64,000 bases of DNA. Source: Ramazzottius varieornatus (lineage: Eukaryota; Animalia; Tardigrada). The notes beneath the pieces are model-generated. The model saw only the letters and a program-made list of their open reading frames with translations, was not told the DNA's origin and did not search any database. Location of the stretch: NCBI GenBank assembly GCA_001949185.1, contig BDGG01000007.1:1508730-1572729 (forward strand), in the 5' to 3' direction. Shown piece after piece: positions 1 to 12,891 of this stretch (positions are counted from its first letter, which is position 1; every line of letters starts with the position of its first letter). The position numbers were made by a program, and so were the translations under genes.

Positions 1-233
<233 letters not shown>

Positions 234-794
234 CTAGTCTGGAAACCAAAACGACGAGGGATTATAATATAGACTTCCAAGCAGGCGATCAGCTGGCCAA
301 CAACATGCGCCAGAGCACCGGAATCTTCTTTTCGCCCTGCTCAACGGATTATCTGTCCTTCAGCCCCTTGTTTCCAACAACTCATAGAATCCTAGATTCC
401 GAAACAAGTTGGGGAAGCATTGGGGAAAGATGGCGACCACAGTAAAGACAGCTTTACCGGCCGGGTACTCCACTCCCATTGAACGAACCAACGCTAATTC
501 AATTTATGACTGGCTCAACACTGTCTCTAGCTCCACCCTCTCAATCGAAACGTGGCAGTGTATATTAAATATCTGTTTCAGTTTTCTAAACTCATTCTCC
601 CATTCTCTTCCGGAGAACATTGTACCCCAAGACTCAGAGATTCAACAGTGCTAGTGCAATTTAAATCAAGGCGAGTCCCCACTCAATTTCGAAAATTAGG
701 CAGCGTCAGATCCCTCAAGTTTGGTCTCAATCATACAGGCAAACTGCCACCCCAAACCACGCTATAATCCTAGCAGAGCTGTAAATAAACTTAC

Positions 795-840
795 CTTTTT
801 CGGAAAGAAGTCGAGGAGGATATCCCGTGAAGGTAGGAAG
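795..840 (-). promoter_or_regulatory. Putative non-coding first exon of EEF1A with a pyrimidine-rich (TOP-like) start
   Basis: Minus strand reads CTTCTTTCCGAAAAAG|gtaagt (donor at 794); a matching tttccag acceptor lies at 239-240 just upstream of the ATG. TSS not determinable. Confidence 0.5.
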
Positions 841-1676
841 GTACGACGCTTTGCGCGATGAATTGCCGGTGAGATGCCCAGAAGGTCCGATGTACGCCAA
901 GGAAATTGCCGACTGACTGACGAAATTTTTTGGAATTCGTGGTGCGTGGATGTTGCGATAAGGCGAGACGAGTCGAGCTTCAGCGCCTCAGCCACGCCTT
1001 TCGATGACTCGAGACTGGATCATCATTATGAGCCGCACAGGGCGGAGCTGGAGTGCGCTGAATCTGAGTCGGCTGGGGAAATCGACTCGAGCCATCATAT
1101 GCTTCCAGTTCCAGAAGCTGGGTCATATCACGTGCTCGGCTGACTAATAAGATTTTGACTCATCCACGGCTTTATAGATTATGGACCTATGTATGGTTTA
1201 AGATGAATGATTGATGTTTCCCCAATCCCTTTGTCAGTCGTACTCCTTTGTCTGTGCTTGACATCACGTCGATACGTCATTCGGGCCTGTGATATTGCAA
1301 ATGCGATCAACCGTTCCCTGCTGTGGATTGCGGACTGTGTGGGATCTTTTTCCGGGATCGGGAGCGAAAGGCGGAACCTACAGCAGTTTCGCTGTAGTCC
1401 AAGCTGGACTATAGCCGGTTATCGCCCGGGTACGGTCGGTATGCGATCTATTCTCGTCAGCTTACCAGTTGAGAATCCTACGCTAGGTATCGAGACTGAG
1501 ATGGGGTACTGTACGTGACCACCGACACTTTCTTTTACAGGCTATGCGGAAGTACCCGACGAGGGAGTCATGCTTACGAAGAGGCCGCGAACGGGAAAGG
1601 GTTTGTGCAAAGGAGATCACTCCACAGAGTACGACCGAAGGGGTATTGTCTATCAAAGAAACCACAAAACAACGAA

Positions 1677-4356
1677 CTATGAGTGATCCAAGGCCGCCAT
1701 CTCTGTTAAAGAAGCAGCCGGATCCTCTCCGTTGGACGAAGGCATCTTCTTGGGACGCCGTTTGCGGGAAAAGAATGCGAAAACGAGTCCGGCGACGTAG
1801 AAGGCTGCACAAGCCACACATGCCAAAACGAAGGAAAACCCAAAATGGGATACGGATGCCGCAGGATGCCTGTCAAGCACACAGGGTATGATTATCCTTT
1901 CTATCCCAAAGAGCCAGATACGATAGGTGAGCGAGTTCCAGCAAGGACCCATAATTGTAACAAATCACATCTCAACTATGTACTGGCTGCTTTTTGAGTT
2001 TTACTATATTAGTGCACTTGGCATATACTGTAGGTGTCCATGCTTACGTACCTGAAGGGAAGATGGGCTTGTTCGTAGCTGACGGAGCTGACCAGGACTT
2101 CTATACAAACCAGGACACACGTGGCCGAGGTTAGATGGAGAAGAGCCGTCACTCTGCGGTACCACAGGAAGGGACTATCTTCGTCCAGACTGTAGAAGGC
2201 CAGGCATTGTCCAACCACCATCAGGATCAGCGCCAGTGTAGAAAATGCCACTTCGCTCCTCGTGTAATCTACAACGAATGCAGTCACCGGGATGTCGATC
2301 CATTGAAACGTTTTCGGATCGGGTGTACTTACTCAAGCTATTCTGATCGAAATCATGCTTCATCTGGTCAGACTCGACATCGGAAGGAAATAGTATGTGT
2401 CGCTGGCATTGAGCTAGGGAGAGGGTCAAACTTTAGGGACAGCAGGAAGACAAGTGGCAATGTGGAGTCGATCAACACGAACAGCTATACCGCGTGGATA
2501 AGTTCCGGTACGATATATACTTACTATCTATTCGGAAGGGATGTGTTTCATTCCGGAAGTCGATGTTGCATCTGTTCAGAATACATTCAGCTTTGTTTCA
2601 TCTGCCCATGGGTGGTACTTTTGGCCTCCTGGCCGCTTCTTCGTCCAATTTTTATGCAATCCATATGGTCATTGAAGATTGCATAAAAATTGGACGACGA
2701 AGCGGCCAGGAGGCCAAAAGTTCCACCCATGGGCGGATGAAACAAAGCTTGTAAGCTTGCTGGTTCAAGGGGAGAACCGGTAAAGGGTCTCTTACATTCT
2801 CCATACACCGGAATGGCTAGCCATCCTCCACAATTTGTCGTGCGAAAGGTAGGTTCCTCCGGGATTTATGACGATTAGCCAGTAATCGGTACAGACCTTT
2901 AAAAGAAAAGTCAGCTGTCATCTTAGGAAACACTGTCAAATATGATCAAGACTTTTTTCATTCGAAGTACAGTTTGTGCATGCTACCGTGTTAATTTGTG
3001 CATTGCAGGTTCTACGGCGAAAGCTATGCAATCGGATTTGCGGAATACGCCTGTTTCGGTATTAGAGTTAGCAAATGGGAGATTCCATCACGCAGTTCGT
3101 CCGACTATCATTGTGTTCAGAATCGAACACTAATTCGTGACAATTTTGGCGAGCCCAGATATCGCGGAAGTGAGGGACGCACTGTTTCTATTGAGTTGGC
3201 CCAGCTCAATTACCAGAGAATTCTGTCACCGATGCTACTTCTGGTACATGGACAATGTGGACAGAGAGACAGGGAAAGTTGTGGTATGAAAAACGAAGGA
3301 AGCAAGTATATGTCCTAGTCGTAATGAGGATACTGCCCTGTTGACCACTGGTTATTAATCAGAAGGAAAAGCCGCAAAATGGGTATACCGCAACGGCGGC
3401 CTTGGCAAAGACGCAAAGAAACCGGGCACTGACCACTAGACTGACATTTCCTTTGCGAAGTCGTACTAAAAATGTTGGTTCTAGACCCCACTCTAAATTC
3501 AGAGTATTTCTGGAAAATACAGAAACAAAGTTTCGAAGTGTAGAGCACATAATGCTGTCCTTGTTTCTTGCACGTCGCTGCGACCACGCCTTTCGTTCAA
3601 ATTTAATCCTCCGAAATTCGTTTTGAAATACACGTTCTCGGTTCTAGATTCCATCAATGGTGCGTCACGCAGTCACCGAACAGGATACGGTTAGACAATA
3701 GTGCAGTGGTCCCTATTTCACACAGACATTCACGAAATCTTGAAAAGTGACGGACTAGTGGGGTGTGGAACTTTAAAAAGCGAATTCCAAACTCAACGGA
3801 TTGACTTTCGGATAAACGATAACCATCAGTCCAAAGTTAAATCTTTGGTCTTTGACGCTACCGTCGACGATCTTTGATATATTAGAAGTGGAGAGTTGAT
3901 AGCAAAATTCGAAAGAGATCGACTAGCATTCATAAAGCTTTCACCTAAACGGGCCGAGCTTACCGCTACTAGCATCAGGATCAAACCGATCACTGTGGAG
4001 GAAGATGCAGCTAAAAGGCATTTTCGTTGGAAAGACAAATGTTGGGAAGGCGCAATGTTGTTTGCCGCCGGAAGCGGAGCCTGATAGAGATAGGCCACAT
4101 GTGGATGAGGTCGCAGCAGGTGAGAAGGTCCAGATGTCATTTGGCCTTCCGCTCCATTGCCGGATAGCAATGTTGCGTGTGCCGGCCATGTCTGGTTTAC
4201 GATTGAAGCACTGTCATCACGATCTGAAGCTAATACTGCGACAGTCGGCGTGTTGGAGGCCGCTATTGATGGTTTGATCAGTGGTCCGCCGTTGAAGGCT
4301 TCTTTTGCCCCTGTCGTTTCGCTGAGGGTACCCCTTGCCGCTGCAGCAGGCTCCAT
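1677..4356 (-). CDS. Claudin/PMP22-superfamily tetraspan membrane protein
   Basis: Six phase-consistent exons (4356-3964, 2896-2796, 2571-2525, 2413-2333, 2268-2052, 1869-1677). TM1, then TDYW...SHSGVWRIC...QC (W-GLW-C-C signature), two more TMs, and FGFSFVLACVA...LVFAFF as TM4. Confidence 0.9.
2584..2751. mobile_element. Fold-back MITE-like element in a claudin-like gene intron
   Basis: 73-nt inverted arms (2589-2661 and 2677-2749) with 3 mismatches and a 15-nt spacer; TA at 2582-2583 and 2752-2753. Confidence 0.8.
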
Positions 4357-6924
4357 ATTAACCTTCAGTGTTCCCGTTACACAATGTAGGATGGGCCAAC
4401 CTGGGTCAGGTTTTCTCTTCCGCTTTTTCTCGGTGAGCTCGCGTTACGAGGCTGCACAGCTGAGCTTGGAGGCTCTCTTCTCGTGAAGGCGTGCCGAGCG
4501 GGATTAATCAGCCGGGGCTGCTGAGCGAGGATCGCTCCGTCACTCTGCCAAGTCCACAAAAATCAATACGTCAGCGAAAAGAAGTAAATGTGCATATGTA
4601 CAATTAAACGCACTTTTACCTGTTTGATGATTCGCGAACTTCGCCATATCACGCAATGAACTGTACTTTCATTTAATGATGGGTTTATGGCCTGATGGGT
4701 GTTGTTGTAATACAAATGTGGTGCGCTGGTCCCTGGTCTGTGTTGAAGTAGTGTAATGAGAGACTATCTGTCGAACCTCCAGGGAACAATCTGGTGGAAG
4801 AAAGTGCCGGGACCGTAGCAGTGTTCCGTATCATATGCCCATAACGTAGCTCTGCCGGTCGTAGTTGACAGCTTGACATGCATAGCAGATGATCGTCGAC
4901 CCCCCGGGTCCCTCTTGTGTTAATTCCATTCTGCCGATAGATGGTTCACGTTGCACAGAGTATCCAAAGGATCACCGGTCCAATATGCATATATCGATAA
5001 TGATGGTGCCGAAGTGTTAACAGGACGATGATGTAGCTGGGTTAACGTTGATCAAGAACAAGATGAGTATTTAAAAATCAATAGGCGATCAGTCATCAAC
5101 GCAACATTGTCATCTCAGTATCCAACTGTTTGGATAATTCTTCCGCCTTGCTGCAACAACGACTGCAAGTTCGCGCTATTGATAGACCACTCGTTCCGCT
5201 GAGTGAAACAGATCGTCAGCCCGTGAATTTGCAACCCCAAGAACCGTCGGCACCGTCCGGAGAAATCGAGCGTAGAACGATTTCACACGGAAGAGGACGT
5301 AATTTTAGTTTGCTGCATGTTGAACACTAAGCTCAACTTGAGCTGCAGGGGACTTATCAATGACGTTCATCATGGCCGATACAGAGCAACATTCAGCTGC
5401 ATAATAACGATTAGGATTAAGTCATCAGGGTAAATATAGCTCGTATATTTAGAACTGCGTCTCTCTCAGCTAACTCGCGTCGTGCAACCAAACGTTTGGT
5501 TGTAACTAAAATTTGGAGAGCTGCATCATCGCGCCGATCTACTCGTGCGATTGTGAATTGCATTGCGTACTAAGTGCAGCGCATTACGGGGAGCTCCAAC
5601 AGGGATGCTGTCCGGTTCCCTTCTGCTCCTCAGTTTCTGCTGGTACGAGCTTTAGCTACGATTGCCACGACGTGCAGCCAGCCATTTCAAATCGAAGCCT
5701 ATCAACCACCGCGGGTACTACCGCCAACTTTGAACATACAGGTCCCGATGCAGCGAAGCATCATGAACGATCCACGTTGCTCTACAGCTGTACACCGCAA
5801 ATCAACATGCAAGTCTGATAGCGCATGCAGGAAGCTAACTCTTATAGCCAGGAACCCATTGATCTCCTAATCGATAGGGTCTTTTGAGCTCGGCAGGATA
5901 GAACGGTATACCAACAGGAGCCCAAGCCAAGCCATATGTATAACAACATACTCAATGTCAGAAGCCGCCTGCAGATTGTCAAGTTGGAAATTGTTAGCGC
6001 GCAAACGGGTAAATCGATCTTTGCCTCTGTGCATTGTGCGTACATCAGCGCCGAGTACCTTATGCATCTCACCGCCCGATAACCACCACACGCGGGTGGA
6101 ACAATTTAGGTTAACGTAAGTTGCTTTTAATTTTTATCGGACTTGAAACCCAAATAAGCTAGACTAGACAAGATATCTGGACAATGGCGCAGTTTTGCTG
6201 AACTTTGACCAGGAAGATCCTATCCTCGTGAAATGCACACTGACGTCACAGCGGAAGGAAAGTGAGGGCTGGATTGTGGTTGCTTTGCAAAGCTTCCTGC
6301 AGCTGCCGCGCAGCTACTTCTTTCAAGTCCATCACCGACAAACAGATCAAGTGGTCGTTTCCAGGTTCAAGACGGATTAACTGTATAAAGCTAGAACCAG
6401 GAAGAACAGTTCCGGAACTTGGTTCGAAAGTTCGAGTCAGAAGTTTACGCAAATTTTTGGGCCAACCTTGGTCAAGCACCACTGATAGCCCAGTGGAATT
6501 TGTGGGATTTGCGGAAAGTGCGGAACCGGGCCATATCACCGGCCCCGGGGGAAATCGTTCTTTGTCCCGGGGAGAAAGTCAAAAACCCTTGATGGCAGGG
6601 GGAAGTTTCACCTTTATAACCCCCTCTGTTCACAACTGAATCCTTTTGCAGCAAGCCACCAAGATCTCTGGCCGCTTGTTGTTTTCTCCTAGATTCCTCT
6701 AAGAGTCATCTTCGGACTTCAGTGCCTGTTTTTTCCCGGAGCAGATCTGTTGGGTACTATGATGATAGCTACATATTAGGCTGTCGGGGAGTATTGCCTG
6801 GCTTACGCTTAGTACGCTGATCGTTCGGCGGCTGATGGTATTCCTTCGCTTGTCCTCCATGGGAACATTCTGCCCTCCATCGGCTCTCCGCTGTTGAGTA
6901 CGATAGTGCTTCGTTATTGGGGGA

Positions 6925-8363
6925 ATGGAGAGTCGACAGCTGAAACAGAATCTGCAGCAACAAATGGAACGGTTACTAACGCAGCTAGCTGATCTGCTGC
7001 AGGCCAAGTAAGTATATCTTCCCGTTTGATCCGCGGTGGCGTCCATCGCTTGTCAGCACATTATGCCCGGAACAGAAGGCGCACCGCAGGCTCCTGTATT
7101 GCGTCTATACTGTCCGTTCTCAGGGAGACGATGGAGGAGGATGACTATCACGAGCAGTATCAGGATACCGTGGATCAGCTGGAAGAGTTCGGAGCCTCGT
7201 TAACCAGATTGAAGGATGACAGCTTGCTGGACCAAATCACCATCATGCAACAGGTAGGATATAATTACGCCCTCCAGCACTCGTCGATCGGTGTAGAGAA
7301 CGGTGAGTGGTGGACTTTTACATATTCGATGCCCGACATGGGTCACAAGATGGCCGACTAAAAATGTGTTGGTCCAGCTAATACACCATCAGGAAATGTT
7401 GCATATTGTTACCTGTAGGCTATTCGCAAAGCCATCAGCGATGCCTTCGCGCAGCCGAGACAGCACTTCGCAACTGTCCAGCAACCACAGCATATCCGTC
7501 AGCAGCTGACAGAGGTAAGCTCGACAAATAAGCCTAGAAATAATGGGGGACAGGTGCTGCGTGCTGGGATTATCATGGACGTTCTTGGTGCTGAGTTGTC
7601 GTGCGTTTGCTGTGGTTGTAGCGTACAAGTACCCATTTGTCAAGATTGTGTGCTGAGGTGTCGTGGTCAAGTCGGCTTGGGACCTGCAGCTTTCCATGGG
7701 CATGTTTTGGCTGTGCTGTATGGGCAGGTGGATGTGGAAAAGGGACTCAAGGGAGTGGAACAATGTATGGCACCTTTTGTGCAAGACCTTTTTCGTATTG
7801 AGCCTTGAACTGCAAAGCCTAGGGTATTATTTCATTTTCACTTCCGATCTGTTCCTTTTGTGCTCGTACCAACAAGGCCACCTGGCTTAGCTGCTGAACC
7901 TGCTGCAGAACGTCGCAAGCATCTGACGAATAGGGCGCTTGGCCGTGTCAGCTTTTCCATCTCTTGTTTGTTGTCGACGAGGTGTCTTGGCTAACGGATG
8001 GCATTTATAGCTGGAACGCGACAAGACCTTACATAGGATAAAGGAGGAGCTGTATGTTCCGCGCAAAATGGGCTTGCTACAGCACTTGCTCAATCTACGA
8101 GAAACTTTACTTCCGGAGGAACAAGAGTTTATGCAGCTGCATCACCAAAGTGCCCTCCTTCAGGACTTTGATGGAGCCAATGTCACAGCAGGTTTGTCCC
8201 TTCTTGCGGTCACAGATATGGGTATTCTGGAGCGACGAAAGCAACCTGGACGGTTTCGGAAGGTCGGGACAGGCAAGGCCGATTGTAATGGCGATCGTTC
8301 ATTGCAGATATCTCTCCCCAGAAAATGCGTGAATGGTCGACAGCCGACGGTGCTGCCTTGTGA
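6925..8363 (+). CDS. LZIC: LZIC (leucine zipper and ICAT/CTNNBIP1 homologous domain protein)
   Basis: Exons 6925-7007, 7124-7253, 7419-7514, 8011-8191 and a probable last exon ~8309-8363 give MESRQLKQNLQQQMERLLTQLADL...TVDQLEEFGASL...MQQAIRKAISDAFAQP...LERD, matching LZIC [20 protein letters not shown] and AIQAAISQAFKTP. Last exon is less certain. Confidence 0.88.
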
Positions 8364-9013
8364 TGGCTTGAAGGATGGATGGAAGGTTGACACGCCGGCT
8401 GGATTTAGATTTTCCTTTGAAGGCTATTGTTATATTTATTTAATGTTTTCTACACTTTTCCGAAGAGTAGAAAAGTGGGTTCTGGTGTTCACCTCGTAGT
8501 TGGCTGTTAGCTTGGACTGGTTCCCTGTCCAAGAGACCGTTGGTCAAGATATGACCGAGGGAGGTTGTGGCAGGTGCGGAGCGCGTACGGTAGTCCAGAT
8601 TTAACTTTGATGACTGTCGAGTTGCATTTCTTGCTAAATAATGCCACTCAAACAGAACCAAAGATAAGCATGGACACCCTCTTTTCCACAGACTCCTTCC
8701 CTCAGACTGAGTCCTTGGAAGCACGCACTGCCCATGACAGCCCTTCTGGCCTAGAGCGAAACTGTGCCCCAACTGTGAGTTTGATATGGAGGATGTTCTT
8801 GTACACCTAGCGAGCCAGAGTCCACTTTGTGTCGTAGGCGATATAATGGGATTCAAGGGGAGGTTTTTCTTTTATCCATGGTTTCATCAGGCTGAAGATG
8901 AATGTGCCATATGGGTTTCTCGTTGTCGATCGATTGGACACCACACCATGTCGTGCCAAGCAGACCAACATGACACTGTGGAATGTGGTCTGGCCCAGGT
9001 ACCGACACCAACG

Positions 9014-9560
9014 TCACACAGGTGGGGCGGCGGGTGGTGACTTCCGGTGGTGCTTCCAGTCTTCCGCTGAAGACATTGCAGCCTCCGCCAAGGACTGCGG
9101 CGGATAAAGTGACAGCCTTGTGCTGTATATTTATCACTTACAACGCAGCAATCCATAGCAGGTCCTGTACAAATAGAGAGAGAATCGGAAAAACGAGTTT
9201 TCTCCCCTCGTCCATCAGGCTTAGCTAGGCAGACTGTGCACGTGTGCTATGCCGTACGGGGTAGGCGGGTTGATTTGATGGCATGTACGCCAGCATCGTA
9301 CCTGCACTCCTCGGCCTGCTGGGGAGGATCACACTCCTACGTGGAGTAACGCTGCTTTTTGTGGTTTCGGCTATTGGGCCACAGCAGGCTTGGCGTAGAT
9401 TGGCCTAGAGGCCCACTTGCATGGTCGTCCAGTCCTCGACGTACTTCCGTGTTCCTGAAGGCAGCTGTAGCTTGTTGCTATACTGGTTACTAACCTGCCA
9501 CAGAGTATAGCGGGGGGTTATGCTGCCGGTCACAGACCATCCGTAGCAACATCCCCCCAT
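9014..9560 (-). CDS. Putative orphan 90-aa microprotein beginning MGGCC
   Basis: Strong Kozak context GCCATGG at 9560; four exons (9560-9495, 9404-9302, 9164-9142, 9094-9014) joined by GT-AG introns keep one open frame to a TGA. No family recognised. Confidence 0.35.
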
Positions 9561-10822
9561 GGCAGGTTCGGCCAGGGCATAAGACACGGGTGGGCGGTAG
9601 GCAGAAGGCGTCAGAGAAGCTGGAAGATATCAACAGGTGATCACTGGGCCAAAGTGATGACGGGAGGGGGCTGAGAGGACAGATTGTGTCGGCAGGTCGG
9701 TAGGTACGGTCACAGTCCGGGAATGGGTGCTTGCACCGAGGTTTGGAGCTGCTGATTATCCCGTCTTGCGGAAAAGCACCAAATCTGCAAGTCGATGGTG
9801 CAAAGGTAGCATCAGCCAGCCGCGGCTTGAAATAATGGGCTGTGGAAAAGATGATGACGATTACAACGTGGCAGCTAGCGTTTGCAAAAGTAAAAGCGAC
9901 TTGACAAGCCCAGTCTACTTGTCTACTTGCAAGGTCGATTCGGCACAAAAATCATTCACTGGCCTTCCATTACACATCATACTGTACGGGCAGTACTGTG
10001 TATAGCAATTTTACAGTTAGTCAATTACCAGCTCTGCCACCATCGTATACTATACAGTGTACACTGTACACCCCCTTCCAAACTAGCTGCCCTATGCTGT
10101 ATATTGCATGTTGTTGCCGGCAACTAATATCTTAGGAGGCTTACGTTAAGATTAACCGATGAGAACGGAAGCTTGGACGATAAGGAAGGCAAAATGCCAC
10201 GTGACCGTCTCTGCAGCGATATGTTTCGTAGGATTTCAGGCTTGAAGAGCAGGCGCGCCGCCCGAATACCGGTTGCGATTCGAAGTTGCCTTCTGCGTCC
10301 CGCGGGTGCATTGAAAATTGGAAATAGCCGATACAGGGAAGCAGCTAAGGACGGCCACTGGCCGGGCTGCAAATCCTTCTGCAGGGAACCTCTCAACTAT
10401 GAAGGACTCTCGTAACTGCCGAAAATGAGACCCGGAACTCTTCCTTGTGCTCTTTGGCCTCTAAAACGAACTATATTGGGACGAATGGGGCACTGCGCAG
10501 CACAAAAGAGCTTGAACGCGGAAATGATGGAACTTACTATCTAAAAAAATTTGTACATATGTATAACTATAAGTCTGGAGGCAGGCGGCGCTAGTACACC
10601 TGACCATCTCCGCCGACGATGTATGTATGTAGGCAATTATGCTTCTGCAGTACGATTATTGCAACGAAAAGGTATTGTGCACATTTGAAAATGGATACGG
10701 AGGAGCTGGATCGGGAAAAGTCTACTTCAAACCATATGATTTTGAGGTTGAGCACTGGACGTGTAGATGGCGTTGTCTGGTCTTGTACAGTACTGAGGGG
10801 AAGCTGTAAAGGTGGATGGCTA

Positions 10823-11121
10823 CGAGGGGAAAGGTTGTAAAGTTAGCCACCCCATACCGGGTTTGTAAAGTTAGCCGTCCAAGTTCGCCTGTTCTCTCCT
10901 ACTTACTCCCAAACGTTTATGGATAGGTCGATAGATAAAATGATGGGCTGTTGAATGTTACCAGGCACCGTCAACGTGAGAATTCAGAGAATCAACAGAT
11001 CCACAATTACAGAAACATCAAATCCCATGTTAAAAAGCCAGGACAGACAATCAAACAGTCAATCGAGCGATAGACGTTACAAACCCGGTATGGGGTGGCT
11101 AAGTTTACAACCTTTACCTCG
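10823..11121. mobile_element. Tc1/mariner-type MITE (~300 bp)
   Basis: ~47-nt imperfect TIRs (CGAGGGGAAAGGTTGTAAAGTTAGCCACCCCATACCGGGTTTGTAA / TTACAAACCCGGTATGGGGTGGCTAAGTTTACAACCTTTACCTCG) flanked by TA on both sides; no transposase ORF. Confidence 0.85.
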
Positions 11122-11975
11122 TACAGTAAAAATATCACTGTTAAGGCTTTATCAGGCTTCTTGTATTGCGATTTGACTTAATTTGAGCGTTTAGATACCA
11201 TTACGAGGAGGATGCTAGCCTACAGTTACCACGGACCGGTGGCCGATTCTGTATCAGTTGGCCGCGGTAAATGGGAGGTCTAGACGGAGAGGCAAGCGGT
11301 GTAGCAAGGCCTTCGGTAAACACTGATTGGGTCGCCGATGGAGTACAACTGTCTTGTCGGCAACATCCAGTTTGCTTACATGACTTATTAGCCTATATAT
11401 TGTCCACTATAATAGGCCGGACTGCTCTGTACTCTATATCCGCCTCGAGATTAATGCGTGCGCCAAACTTATTTACCACGGGATTGACTTTGATTGACGT
11501 TGACTGTGATATGCTTATAGCTTAAGCCTCAACGATAAGTTGGGCCGCGCCGGCTTCCATCTATAAGCTTCTCCATAATTTTGGTTTATCGGACCAGTAT
11601 TTTCAAGGTCCATCGCGGCTTGCTGGTTCATTATTCCAGTCTCTGATAAGACGTTCTCTGAGCGGCTGGGTTTTCTGTGATATTTTTCGCGACTTCCGCG
11701 TTGGAGAATACTTCGACCCGCCCGGGTAGACTTCTTTGGGTTGTAGTGGAGCACAACTACGGGATAGATCGATCTCATAGATGGCCGGTCAGTTTGCAGT
11801 GCAAAAGAAAGCCAGCTATCCTGTGGGTGACGCTGTCTTGCACTCGGGAAGGTAAGACCTTTTTTCAGCCTCGCGTAAATATTTTTTCCTACGCACTGAT
11901 GGCGGTGAACTCAGATGGACTCTTACGAAGGAACACCACAATTTAATTCAAAGGAATTAACACACGTTCGTCATG

Positions 11976-12891
11976 CTACATAAGCTGGTTAGAGGTAATG
12001 CTGCTACATTCCCACTTGTCACGCTCAGGATGGTAACTAGCTTGAGCGGGTACTCGTGTTGCTCCGAGGGGAAGGGGAGGGAGGGGGTGGTTCTTGATGG
12101 AAAAGAGAATGGGTTTGTCTTGGCTGGAAGGAAAGCCGTGAGAGCCAGGAGGTAACACGCTTGACAAGCGCTGTAAGGAGTCCTTGGCAACTGGTGGGTG
12201 CAAGCCATTGTGATGAGCTTGCAATCTTTTGTTGTCCCTAATTGTAGCCGCCTGCAAAGTGTTTGACAGCGGCCTGAATCGTTATTCTCAGATGTACAGA
12301 TGCCAAAAGGTATCGACTAGATGTGGACACAGTGTTTTCCCTGAAGAAAACGATGCATGGAGAAATTTTTCCGCTGATGGGATAGTGTTGGCCGCGCACC
12401 GATCGACCAAGAGTCGATAGGCTTTGGCAGGGCGCGCCACTGACTCTAGTCTCGAAGGGTGTACAGTACTGTATGGACCGTGGTCCTTATCCGTAAATCC
12501 TGCGGATGCGAAAGTGGTGAGCGCACTGATGGACATGCAAATGGTCATTTGGCAAGAAGGAAAAAGTGGCGATGAGAGGGCCCGTTCAACGCTCAAGGAT
12601 CGAGCACTTGAACGGACGTTCGTTATACCCGGGTTTACCCTTCGTCTGCTCGCTGGCTCGCTAGCGCGAGACTGCACATTGCAGCGCCACTTAGGTTATC
12701 ATAAGACGTTCGCAGTAACGGCCAACCTCTTAGTGTCGCCGTACCTTCTTCGGTCTTCTCTGCAGGGTACTCTTCATCGCTGAAATGCCCGATCGCTTGA
12801 TCCTTTGGCAATTAAGGCTGATTGACTCTTGCGCCTGCTGCCCCGCTGCCTGCTGCCCGCCGAGCTGACTATCATTGAATAACAAGTTGCG
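11976..12891 (-). CDS. Possible 3' exons of an unidentified low-complexity protein
   Basis: Phase-0 exons 12891-12745, 12671-12639 and 12251-11976 splice into one open frame (Q/S/P-rich, NHPLPPLP). Start not found. Confidence 0.25.

Noticed and set aside
239-794. Possible snoRNAs in EEF1A and EEF1D introns
   Set aside because: I found no clear C/D box pair with a terminal stem or H/ACA layout; an Infernal/Rfam scan would be needed.
965-1165. Recurrent GACTCGAG/GAGTCG motifs upstream of EEF1A
   Set aside because: Short and irregularly spaced; not a CRISPR-like array, and no TIR or target-site duplication could be defined.
6100-6165. AT-rich patch with a CTTGAAA loop, a possible second mitochondrial tRNA
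   Set aside because: No convincing acceptor stem.
5500-6400. Fragments faintly resembling LamG or fibrinogen-like motifs (GWLHVVAIV; ILVKC...EGWIVV)
   Set aside because: They are on opposite strands, with multiple stops and no coherent exon chain.
7554-7808. Cys-rich ORF nested in LZIC intron 3
   Set aside because: No recognisable domain spacing or signal peptide; an ORF this long is expected by chance at this GC content.
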